A stretch of DNA of 38,829 nt from Callorhinchus milii (Eukaryota): the NCBI RefSeq assembly GCF_018977255.1, contig NW_024705502.1, positions 1-38,829 of the forward strand. The letters run 5' to 3'. A program made the position numbers and the translations under genes. Each line of letters opens with the position of its first letter. The first letter of the stretch is position 1. The notes under the pieces were generated by a model. The model saw only the letters and a list, made by a program, of their open reading frames with translations, was not told where the DNA came from and searched no databases. Positions 1-10,663 of the stretch are shown here, piece by piece.

Positions 1-975
1 AATGGTTGAGTGAGTGAGAGTGATGGTTGAGTGCTTGAGTAAGTGATTAGGTGAGTGAGTGGTTGAGTAAGTAGCTTAGTGAGTGAGCGGCTGAGTGGTT
101 AAGTGAGTGAGTCGTTAAGTGAGTGGCTGAATGAGTGAGTGGCTGAGTGAAAGAGTGAGTGGCTGAGTGAAGGAGTGAGTGGCTGAGTGAAAGAGTGAGT
201 GGCTGAGTGAGTGAGAGAGAGGTTGAGTGAGCAAGTGATTGGTTGAGTGAACAAATTAGTGGTTGAGTGAGTGAATGGTTGAGTGAGTGGTTGAGTGAAT
301 TAGTGAGTGGTTGAATGAGTGAGTCGTTGAGTGCATACGTGCATGGTTGAGTGAGTGAGTAGTTGAGTTAATGATTGAGTGATTGGTTAGCAAGTGGCTG
401 AGTGAGTGAATGGTTGAGTGAATCAGTGGTTGGTTGAGTGGTTCAGTCAGTTAGTGGTTGAGGGAAGGATTGAGCGAGTGGTTGAGTGAGCCAGTGGTTG
501 AGTGATTGAGTGAGTGAGCGGCTGAGTGTGTGGTTGAGTAAGTGAATGGTTGAATGAGTGAGTGGCGGAGTGAATGAGTGAGTGGTTGAATGATCGATTG
601 AGTGAGTGGTTGAGTTAATTATTAAGTGAGTGGTTGAGTGAGTGAATAGCTGAGTGAGTGAGCGGCTTAGTGGTTGAGTAAGTGAGTCGTTGAGTGAGTG
701 TGTGGCTGAGTGAGTGAGCGGCTGAGTGAGTGAGTGGCTGAGTGAGTGAATGGTTGAGTGGGTGAGAGAGTGATGGTTGAGTGGTTGAGTAAGTGATTGA
801 GTGAGTGGTTGAGTGAGTGAGTGGTTGAGTAAGTGGTTGAGTGAGTGGTTGAGTTAATTATTGAGTGAGTGGTTAAGTGATTGAATAGCTGAGTGAGTGA
901 CTGACTGGTTGAGTGAGTCGTTGAGTGAGTGTGTGGCTGAGTGAGTTTGTGGCTGAGTGAGTGAATGGCTGAATG
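1..975. repeat. Degenerate simple repeat (TGAG)n / GAGTGGTT
   Basis: Continuous tgag/gagtggtt motifs visible directly. Confidence 0.95.
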
Positions 976-2029
976 AAATCACAGCTATGATAAAAAATGG
1001 ACATCGGCGTATAAGTGGTCTTGTATTCACTCACTAAATGAAGTTTAATATAAAATTGTACACTCACAAGATCGATTTAAAGATGACATAGCACATCGGA
1101 GTAAACTGAGTCGCCGCTATGATGAAATTTGCATTAGCATAACATTGATTTATAAATATACAGAAGGACTTTTTGCAGAGCGATTTAACACAAAAGTCTG
1201 ATAGACTACATGAAAAAATTAAGTTAAAAAGTACAAACAAATCGGGCATCAATACCGTTGCTTTGTATGATCTGTGAAACGCAGAATATTTCAGATAAAA
1301 TCGGACATTTTGAGCTTGCTGCCGGATCGACTGAGTGGAATCAATACAATGAGTCTCGATTCACGATCAACAAAGACCATATATGGGAAAATCTCTGATC
1401 GGTGATTTTGATAGCATCTTATTACAGCGCCCCTTTGATGATGTTATAAAGCACTTGCCCCAACAGTCTGTTAAAGGCTACACGGGGGGTCTTTGTGTGC
1501 GAGTAGCTCACAGATCCTTGAGAGATCTGGACACTGTCCGATCATCTGCGAGCTCCTCCTGCAGGCGAGGCTGCGTTAGCTGTTGTCTGTGCATTAAGAG
1601 GTGTTAACTATCCCACGCAGAGGAGTCTGCTTACAGGACAGATCAGAGGTTCTTCACGTACCGTGCCCCGTGTCACCTGAACGTTAAATGGGGCCCCGGT
1701 AATTCAGTGTTCACCGCTGAATCATCTTTCACCATCACCACGCGTCCATTAAGGCCAATGCAACGAGACCATATATACGCCGCGTTATAACGGGGGGGGG
1801 GGTGAGCAGGAGAAACGTCGTACTACGTGACATCACAACACCCTGCACACAACTGTAGTGGCTGATTAGGGTGCGCATCGTTCACGAATATGTGGTTTAA
1901 GTGGTTGAGAGTAGATCTTGGTGTAAATTGATCAGCATGCTTTGCGTAGCCTGCATTTAAAATTTCATGCGTAGGTGCGTGAGCAGATATGAGTGGGTGA
2001 GTGCGTCAGCAAGCCGGTAGGTGAGTATG

Positions 2030-2450
2030 TAGGTGGATGAAGGGGGCTGGGCGGGAACGGCATGGGCTGGAGTGGAGGTGGACTGATGCGGTACGGGAGG
2101 ATGTGGAGCTGAGTGGGCTTTGCCGACGACTGGTACCAGCGGTGTCAGGATCGGCCTCTGCGGGGGAGGCTCGTGAAGGACGCTTCTACTGGGCAGTTGG
2201 AGGCAGTCGCCCTCCAACAACAACGGAGGAGTGATGCTCACAAAAACGAGCGAAACACCGGATGATAAATATGCAGCAATGTGTCACAGTACAGGGTGGT
2301 GCATCTGCCAGTCATCTCAGTCAGCCAACCCGTGGCACCTGGGTCTGTTCCAAGACCTCCGGTCAGCGAGCCTTCGACACTTCACGTGGCTTCAAAGTGC
2401 ACCTGGCCTGGCACAGGCGCCGTGGTGACGTCACCGTCACTTATTGGCGA
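2030..2450 (+). mobile_element. Degenerate 3' end of an RTE-like LINE (post-RT region plus C-terminal C2H2 zinc finger)
   Basis: With frameshifts it reads WMKGAGRERHGLEWRWTDAVREDVELSGLADDWYQRCQDRPLRGRLVKDA...GTWVCSKTSGQRAFDTSRGFKVHLAWH. This parallels the C-terminus of the RTE at 19.1 kb (KKRYKD...[18 protein letters not shown]...CPVCHREF...GLFSHLRTH). Confidence 0.65.
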
Positions 2451-2639
2451 ATGGTGACGGTCGATAACGCAGCGGTGGTTGTGAGCAATGCCATTTGGGG
2501 GGGGGGGGCGCCAACCCTGACCAGCTGTGAACCTCACGTCGCCTCGCAGCCACCACAGTGGCCACAGGGAGTTCTGGATGGGTGCGAGGGGCTGGTAACC
2601 CCCCACCTTCAACTACATCACCACACATTCACATGCAAG

Positions 2640-3080
2640 CCTTGGGTCTGTCGATGGATCTCTGTGGTGAGTCTATGGGTCTCTGTGTGGTGAGTTTGTG
2701 TCTCTGTTTTGTGAGTCTTAGGGCTCTGTGCTAGTCTGTTTGAGTCGGTGGTTCTCTGTGTGATGAGTCTATGCGTTTTTGTATGACTCTATGGGTCCCT
2801 GTGTGAAGCATCTATAGGTCTCTGTATGGTGAGTCTATGGGCATCTGTGTGGTGAGTCTATGGTTATCTGCATGGTGAGTCTCTGCGTCTCTGTTTGGAG
2901 AGTCTACAGGGCACTGTGTGAGTCTGTGGGTCTGTTTGAGTCTGTGGTTCTGTCTGATGAGTCTATGGGTCTCTGTGGTTAGTCTATGGTTATCTGTGCA
3001 AGTCTGAGGGTCTGTGCGTGGTGAGTGTATAGGTCTATGTGTGATGACTCTATGAGTCTCTATGTGATGGATATCTGTGG
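2640..3080. repeat. Degenerate GTGAGTCT(A/G)TGGGTCTCTGT minisatellite
   Basis: Diverged copies of the 23-bp unit seen at 4.0 kb and 29.4 kb. Confidence 0.85.
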
Positions 3081-3209
3081 TGCACATATCCTGGCACAAG
3101 CGCCGTGGTGTCGTCGCCACCACTTAGTGGAGAATGCTCCTCCCCTTGCTCCTGCTTGTTGTTGTGCTCGGGAAGGAGAGAGAAAACTCGACTAAAGTCT
3201 CAACGATTT

Positions 3210-3727
3210 TAATTTCACCAGGTAAGGTCCACTGAGCTTAACATCTCTTTTTCAGAAGCGACTTGGCACCAATGTCAGCTCAACGAAGTGGCTCATCACC
3301 ACGTGTAAATTATAGCAGCCAAATACTTTCAACGAATATTCATATTCTTGGTTCTTTCGGTAAAGTCATGTAAATAAAAACCAAAAAAATGAAATAAAAA
3401 TCTAATTAATTAAAATAAAGTAAATATGATATATCGCTTTTATTTTTTCAATTTATCTATTTTGTATTGAATTTTTTATTTTAAAAAATATAGATTTTTT
3501 TTTCTATTTACGTGACTTTACCGAAAGAACCAAGAATATGAATTCCTGCAGTCAAGTCAGAACTTTAAACGAATGTTTCTAAATGTGGAGGGAAAAACCG
3601 GAGGACCCGGAGAAAAATCCACGCGACCACGGGGAGAGACAGAGACACGCAAACTCCAAATATACAGCAGCAGGCATCAGGGTCGGGATCGAACCCACAA
3701 TCTCCTGTATACCAGGCGAGGTAGTTA
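3210..3727 (-). mobile_element. V-SINE-type tRNA-derived SINE, split by an inverted-repeat insertion
   Basis: Head at 3570-3727 has a B box GGTTCGATCCC and a V-domain-like TTGGAGTTTGCGTGTCTC...CTCCGGGTCCTCCGG on the minus strand. Tail at about 3210-3330 matches the tail of the copy at 34.4 kb. Confidence 0.7.
3335..3545. mobile_element. Inverted-repeat (foldback) element, copy 1
   Basis: About 40-bp arms, catattcttggttctttcggtaaagtcatgtaaata and tatttacgtgactttaccgaaagaaccaagaatatg, around an AT-rich spacer. The same arms occur at 24.7-24.9 kb. Confidence 0.75.
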
Positions 3728-3997
3728 TGGGGGAAAGCAGAGACAGCGAGAGGGAGAGGGGGGAGAATTAGTCAAACTCGCACTCAGTATTACTCACTAA
3801 CCATGATACACTCACCACACTCACCACCGCACTCACCATCATACTCACCATCACACCACCACCAAACTCACCACCACACTCACCACCACACTCACCATCA
3901 TACTCACACATAAGCCCAACACACATCAACATTCGCCATTCACCACATCGTGGCGGTGACGTCACCACAATAACTCAGTTGCCATGGTTTGACGGCT

Positions 3998-4672
3998 GTC
4001 TGTGGATCTCTGTGTGGTGGTGAGTTTGTGGGTCTCTGTGTGGTGGTGAGTCTGCGGGTCTCTGTGTGGTGAGTCTGTAGGTTTCTGTGGTGAGTCTGTG
4101 GGTCTCTGCGTGATGAGTCTGTCGGTCTCTGTGTGATGAGTCTGTGGGTCTCTGCGTGATGAGTCTGTGGGTCTCTGTGTGGTGAGTCTGTGGGTCTCTG
4201 TGTGGTGAGTCTGTGGGTCTCTGTGTGGTGAGTCTGTGGGTCTCCGTGTGAGCTGAGTCTGTGGGTCTCTGTGTGAGGTGAGTTTGTGGGTCTCCATGTG
4301 GTGGTGAGTCTGTGGGTCTCTGTCTGATGAGTCTGTGGGTCTCTGTGTGGTGGTGAGTCTGCGGGTCTCTGTGTGAGCTGTCTGTGGGTCTCTGTGTGAG
4401 TCTGTGGGTCTCTGGTGGAGTCTGTGGGTCTCTGTGTGGTGAGTCTGTGGTCTCTGTGTGTGAGTCTATGGGTCTCTCTGTGGGTGAGTCTGTGGGTCTC
4501 TCTGTGTGGTGAGTCTGTAGGTCTCTGTGTGGTGAGTCTGTGGGTATCTGTGTGGTGAGTCTGTGGGTCTCTGTCTGATGAGTCTGTGGGTCTCTGTGTG
4601 GTGGTGAGTCTGTGGGTTTCTGTGTGGTGAGTCTGTGGGTCTCTGTGTGGTGAATCTGAGTCTCTGTGGGTG
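3998..4672. repeat. 23-bp minisatellite TGTGGTGAGTCTGTGGGTCTCTG
   Basis: Direct tandem copies. Confidence 0.95.
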
Positions 4673-4719
4673 TCTGGACATTTCCACAATGATGGATGTT
4701 ATCAGCGACTTGGTTGAGC

Positions 4720-5065
4720 TTCTATGTGTCCCTGTCGGTCTCTATGTATCTCTGTGGTTCTCTATATATCACTCTGGGTCTCTATGTATCTCTATCGGTC
4801 TCTATGTATCTATATCGGTCTCTTTGTATCTCTGTGGGTCCTATGTATCACTATGGGTCTCTATGGGTCACTATATATATCTGTGTATCTCTGGATCTCT
4901 GTGTGTCTCTATGTATCTCTTTGGGTTTCTATGTATGACTATGGGTTTCTGTATGTTTCTATTGGTCTCTGTGTGTCTCTTAGGGTATCTATGTATCTCT
5001 ATAGGTCTCTATGTATCTCTATGGGTCTCTATGTATCTCTATGGGTCTCTGTGTGTCTCTATGGA
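4720..5065. repeat. About 20-bp (10+10) minisatellite ATGGGTCTCTATGTATCTCT
   Basis: Direct tandem copies. Confidence 0.9.
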
Positions 5066-5400
5066 TAAGCGTGGTTTCTTAAGCGAACTGGGGAATGTGG
5101 AGGGTGGGTAACGTGAGAGCCTATGGGAGATCAATGGGAGTGGCCAACCAGTGTGATTGTATAATGCGTAGTGCGGATAAGCGTGGTTTCTTCAGCGAAC
5201 TGGGGAATGTGGGGATGGGTAACGTCGGAGACTAAGGTAGAAGCCGGTGAAGGTGATTGCAATTTGTAATGTGGATAAGTAAGCTGTTTATGTGATGTAG
5301 GAAATGTGGCAGAAGGGTTGACGTAAATCCTAAATAAGCCTATGGGAGTAGCCGGTGAAGGTGATTGCAATTTGTAGTGAGGATAAGTTAGGTAAGCTCG
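5065..5400. repeat. Degenerate direct repeats of about 110 bp (ggataag...gggaatgtgg...agccggtgaaggtgattgcaatttgta)
   Basis: About three diverged units; paralogous copy at about 31025-31350. Confidence 0.65.
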
Positions 5401-5444
5401 TGCAGAACTCATTAATTGTTATTCAGACACGTGCCCCACCCCAC

Positions 5445-5570
5445 TTGTGACGTCACAACGGCACTTATGCCAGGCTAGGTGCATGCACTCTGAGGCCACG
5501 TGAAGTGTCGAAGGCTCGCTGCTGGCAGGAGGTCACGGGACAGACCCAGCAGGTGCCATGGGTTGACTAC
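5445..5570 (-). mobile_element. Zinc-finger-coding fragment of the same LINE family as 2030-2450
   Basis: Diverged reverse complement of about 2320-2435. Translates GTCWVCPVTSCQQRAFDTSRGLRVH(+4 bp)LAWHK, a C-x4-C...F-x5-L-x2-H-x3-H pattern. Confidence 0.7.
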
Positions 5571-8500
5571 TGTACCAGGCTAGGTGTAGGAGGCCACGGG
5601 ACAGACCCAGCAGGTGCCATGGGTTGACTGCTGTGCCAGGCTAGGTGCAGGAGGAGGAAGTCAAGGGACACACACAGCAGGTGCCATGGGTTGACTACTG
5701 TACCAGGCTAGGTGTAGGAGGCCACGAGACAGACCCAGCAGGTGCCATGGGTTGACTGCTGTGCCAGGCTATGTGCAGGAGGAGGTCATGGGACAGACCC
5801 AGCAGGTGCCACGGGTTGACTGCTGTGCCAGGCTAGGTACAGGAAGAGGTTACGGGACACACCCAGCAGGTGCCATGGGTTGACTGCTGGGCCAGGCTAG
5901 GTACAGGAGGAGGCCATGGGACAGACCCTGCAGTTGCCATGGGTTGACTTCTGTGCCAGGCTAGGTACAGGAGGAGGTCACAGGACAGATCCAGCAGGTG
6001 CTCATGGGTTGACTGCTGTGCCAGGCCTAGGTGCAGGAGGAGGAAGTCACGGGACAGACCCAGCAGGTGCCATGGGTTGACTGCTGTGCCAGGCTAGGTG
6101 CAGGAGGAGGTCACGGACAGACCCAGCAGGTGCCATGGGTTGACTGCTGTGCCAGGCTAGGTGCAGGAGGAGGTCACGGGACAGACCGCAGGTGCCATGG
6201 GTTGACTGCTGTGCCAGGCTAGGTGCAGGAGGAGGTCACGGGACAGACCCGCAGGTGCCATGGGTTGACTGCTGTGCCAGGCTAGGTGCAGGAGGAGGAG
6301 GTCACGGACAGACCCGCAGGTGCCATGGGTTGACTGCTGTGCCAGGCTAGGTGCAGGAAGGTCACGGGACAGACCCAGCAGGTGCCATGGGTTGACTGCT
6401 GTGCCAGGCTAGGTGCAGGTGAGGAGGTCACGGGACAGACCCAGCAGGTGCCATGGGTTGACTGCTGTGCCAGGCTAGGTGCAGAGGAGGGTCACGGGAC
6501 AGACCCAGCAGGTGCCATGGGTTGACTGCTGTGCCAGGCTAGGTGCAGGAGGAGGTCACGGGACAGACCCAGCAGGTGCCATGGGTTGACTGCTGTGCCA
6601 GGCTAGGTGCAGGAGGAGGTCACGGGACAGACCCAGCAGGTGCATGGTTGACTGCTGTGCCAGGCTAGGTGCAGAGGAGGTCACGGGACAGACCCAGCAG
6701 TGCCATGGTGACTGCTGTGCCAGGCTAGTAAGGAAAGTTACGGTACAGACCCAGCAGGTGCCATGGGTTGACTGCTGTGCCAGGCTAGGTGCAGGAGGAG
6801 GTCACGGGACAGACCCAGCAGGTGCCATGGGTGACTGCTGTGCCAGGCTAGGTGCAGGAGGAGGTCACGGACAGACCCAGCAGGTGCCATGGGTTGACTG
6901 CTGTGCCAGGCTAGGTGCAGGAGGAGGTCACGGGACAGACCCAGCAGGTGCCATGGGTTGACTGCTGTGCCAGGCTAGGTGCAGGAGGAGGTCACGGGAC
7001 AGACCCAGCAGGTGCCATGGGTTGACTGCTGTGCCAGGCTAGGTGCAGGAGGAGGTCACGGGACAGACCCAGCAGGTGCCATGGGTTGACTGCTGTGCCA
7101 GGCTAGGTGCAGGAGGAGGTCACGGGACAGACCCAGCAGGTGCCATGGGTTGACTGCTGTGCCAGGCTAGGTGCAGGAGGAGGTCACGGGACAGACCCAG
7201 CAGGTGCCATGGGTTGACTGCTGTGCCAGGCTAGGTGCAGGAGGAGGAGGTCACGGGACAGACCCAGCAGGTGCCATGGGTTGACTGCTGTGCCAGGCTA
7301 GGTGCAGGAGGAGGTCACGGGACAGACCCTGCAGGTGCCATGGGTTGACTGCTGTGCCAGGCTAGGTGCAGGAGGAAGGTCACGGGACAGACCCGCAGGT
7401 GCCATGGGTTGACTGCTGTGCCAGGCTAGGTGCAGGAGGAGGTCACGGGACAGACCCGCAGGTGCCATGGGTTGACTGCTGTGCCAGGCTAGGTGCAGGA
7501 GGAGGTCACGGGACAGACCCGCAGGTGCCATGGGTTGACTGCTGTGCCAGGCTAGGTGCAGGAGGAGGTCACGGGACAGACCCTGCAGGTGCCATGGGTT
7601 GACTGCTGTGCCAGGCTAGGTGCAGGAGGAGGTCACGGGACAGACCCTGCAGGTGCCATGGGTTGACTGCTGTGCCAGGCTAGGTGCAGGAGGAGGTCAC
7701 GGGACAGACCCAGCAGGTGCCATGGGTTGACTGCTGTGCCAGGCTAGGTGCAGGAGGAGGTCACGGGACAGACCCAGCAGGTGCCATGGGTTGACTGCTG
7801 TGCCAGGCTAGGTGCAGGAGGAGGTCACGGGACAGACCCAGCAGGTGCCATGGGTTGACTGCTGTGCCAGGCTAGGTGCAGGAGGAGGTCACGGGACAGA
7901 CCCAGCAGGTGCCATGGGTTGACTGCTGTGCCAGGCTAGGTGCAGGAGGAGGTCACGGGACAGACCCAGCAGGTGCCATGGGTTGACTGCTGTGCCAGGC
8001 TAGGTGCAGGAGGAGGTCACGGGACAGACCCTGCAGGTGCCATGGGTTGACTGCTGTGCCAGGCTAGGTGCAGGAGGAGGTCACGGGACAGACCCTGCAG
8101 GTGCCATGGGTTGACTGCTGTGCCAGGCTAGGTGCAGGAGGAGGAGGTCACGGGACAGACCCGGCAGGTGCCATGGGTTGACTGCTGTGCCAGGCTAGGT
8201 GCAGGAGGAGGGTCACGGGACAGACCCGGCAGGTGCCATGGGTTGACTGCTGTGCCAGGCTAGGTGCAGGAGGAGGAGGTCACGGGACAGACCCAGCAGG
8301 TGCCATGGGTTGACTGCTGTGCCAGGCTAGGTGCAGGAGGAGGAGGTACGGACAGACCCAGGTGCCATGGGTTGACTGCTGTGCCAGGCTAGGTGCAGGA
8401 GGAGGTCACGGGACAGACCCAGCAGGTGCCATGGGTTGACTGCTGTGCCAGGCTAGGTGCAGGAGGAGGTCACGGACAGACCCGCAGGTGCCATGGGTTG

Positions 8501-9214
8501 ACTGCTGTACCAGGCTAGGTGCAGGAGGAGGTCACGGGACAGACCAGCAGGTGCCATGGGTTGACTGCTGTGCCAGGCTAGGTGCAGGGAGGTCACGGGA
8601 CAGACCCTGCAGGTGCCATGGGTTGACTGCTGTGGCAGGCTAGGTGCAGGAGGAGGTAACGGGACAGACCCAGCAGGTGCCATGGGTTGACTGCTGTGCC
8701 AGGTCGGTGCAGGAGGAGGTCACGGGACAGACCCAGCAGGTGCCATGGTTGACTGCTGTGCCAGCTAGGTGCAGGAGGAGGTCACGGGACAGACCAGCAG
8801 GTGCCATGGTTGACTGCTGTGCCAGGCTAGGTATGGAAGAGTTACGGGACACACCCAGCAGGTGCCATGGGTTGACTGCTTGCCAGGCTAGGTGCAGGAG
8901 GAGGAAGTCACGGGACACACCCAGCAGGTGCCATGGGTTGACTACTGTGCCAGGCTAGTTGCAGGAGGAGGCCACGGACAGACCAGCAGGTGCCATGGGT
9001 TGACTGCTGTGCCAGGCTTGGTGCAAGAGGAGGCACGGGACAGACCCAGCAGGTGCCATGGGTTGACTGCTGTGCCAGGCTAGGTACAGGAGGAGGTAAC
9101 GGACAGACCCAGCAGGTGCCATGGGTTGACTGCTGTGGCAGGCTAGGTGCAGGAGGAGTCACGTGTCAGACCCAGCAGTGCCAATGGGTTGACTGCTGTG
9201 CCAGGCTAGGTGCA
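5525..9214. repeat. 64-bp tandem satellite/VNTR, about 57-58 copies
   Basis: Unit AGGAGGAGGTCACGGGACAGACCCAGCAGGTGCCATGGGTTGACTGCTGTGCCAGGCTAGGTGC. Copy number is span divided by 64. No spacers between units. Confidence 0.97.
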
Positions 9215-9299
9215 TCTGACGACAAACATCTGGGCAGTTCACCATCATTGGTTCAAGCAGAGCTTGTCTCGTGCTTCTGTTGATGAGACACGGAGCTGG

Positions 9300-9505
9300 G
9301 CAGACTCCAAATACACAGCAGCAGCAGCATCGTCAGTGACGGGATTGAACCCACGACCTCTATGTACCAGGCGAGGTAGTTAACATCTCATCAGGTCGGA
9401 ATTGAACCCACAACCACCTGCGTACCAGACGAGGTAGTTAACATCTCATCAGGGTCGGAATTGAACCCACGACCTCCTGTTACCAGGCATGGTAGTCAAC
9501 ATCTG
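9300..9505 (-). mobile_element. V-SINE head fragment, tandemly triplicated
   Basis: Three copies of ...attgaacccacgacctc...taccag(g/a)c...ggtagt(t/c)aacatct. Confidence 0.7.
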
Positions 9506-9584
9506 GACCCAAGTCACCTGAAACCCCAGGCCGCAGCAACTCGCCACAACAAACACAATTGCAACGTTCTGTTAAATCCGCGTA

Positions 9585-9590
9585 TTTATT
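9585..9590 (-). promoter_or_regulatory. Polyadenylation signal AATAAA of the kinase gene
   Basis: tttatt on the plus strand, 80 bp beyond the stop at 9670; conserved in the duplicate at 31890-31895. Confidence 0.6.
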
Positions 9591-9669
9591 AACAACAACA
9601 ATCGATAAACAAACAATGGTCTAGATATATATGTACACATTATTACATTATAACTTTTTTTCTTAATCT

Positions 9670-10663
9670 CTATCCTAACTCTTCACACGCGCACGTGGCT
9701 AGGCAGGCTCTAGTCCATTGTGTGGTGAGTGTGGCTGGTGAGTGTGGGTGTGAGTGTGGGTGGTGAGTGTGGGTGGTGAGTGTGGTGAGTTGATGAGTGT
9801 GGTGGTGAGTGTGGGTGGTGAGTGTGGTGAGTGTGGGTGGTGAGTGTGGTGTGGTGAGTGTGGGTGGTGAGTGTGGTGAGTGTGGGTGGTGAGTGTGGTG
9901 AGTGTGAGTGGTGAGTGAGTGTGGTGAGTGTGGGTGGTGAGTGTGGGTGGTGATGTGTGTGTGAGTGTGATGAGTGTGGGTGGTGAGTGTGGTGAGTGTG
10001 GGTGGTGAGTGTAGGTGGTGAGTGAGTGTGGTAAGTGTGGGTGGTGAGTGTGGGTGGTGAGTGTGGGTGGTGAGTGTGGGTAGTGAGTGTGGCAAGTGAG
10101 TGTGGGTGGTGAGTGTGGTGAGTGTGGGTGGTGAGTGTGGTGGTGAGTATGGGTGGTGAGTGGGGTGGGGAGTGTGGTGAGTGTGGGTGGTGAGTGTGGG
10201 TGGGAGTATGGTTGGGAGTGTGAGTGGTGAGTGGGTGGTGAGTGTGGGTTGGGAATGTGGTGATGTGGATGGTGAGTGTGGGTGGGGAGTGTGGGTGGTG
10301 AGTGTGGGTGGGTGTGTGGGTGGTGAGTGTGGGTGTGAGTGTGGGTGGTGAGTGTGGGTGGGGAGTTTGGGTGGTGAGTGTGGGTCCACTCCGCTACTCT
10401 GCCGTGGGCCGCCCACCACAGAAGCAGCAGGCGGCTGAGCAGCGAGCGGAGTGAGCGGAGCGCCCTGCCCACACGCGCCCAGGACCCCTCGCTCCCTCTC
10501 CCCCTCCTCCTCCTCTTCCTCCTTCTCCTCTTTATCCTCCTCCTCGTTGTCGTCATCCTCCTCCTGCGTCTCCACCACCTCCACCACCTCCGTCCTCTCT
10601 CCAAAGGTCTGGGTGAGCGACGATGACGACGATGGCGATGGGAGCTTCTCCTCCGGCTCCGCT
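9670..10663 (-). CDS. Kinase gene putative terminal exon (Ser-rich, acidic tract, His/Thr/Pro minisatellite-encoded tail)
   Basis: Acceptor ctctctctcccag; phase 2 matches the previous exon; (R)[15 protein letters not shown]...EELG*; followed by AATAAA. Frame inside the 13-bp repeat at 9720-10385 is uncertain. Confidence 0.55.

Noticed and set aside
975..1700. Possible decayed coding sequence (for example APPAGEAALAVVCALRGVNYP, faintly like Polinton-associated proteins)
   Set aside because: Multiple stops and frameshifts; the similarity is too weak to support without an HMM search
3940..5111. Long ORFs rich in T/H/R/P or hydrophobic residues (also 28368-29057, 29281-31045, 15952-16944, 24953-25422, 26550-27331)
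   Set aside because: They are translations of minisatellites that are open in several frames at once, with no domain signal
5525..9214. CRISPR-like array or repeat-protein gene (Cys-rich ORFs such as VPWVDCCARLG)
   Set aside because: Units are head-to-tail with no unique spacers, there are no cas genes and the context is eukaryotic. The 64-bp period is not a multiple of 3 and stops recur
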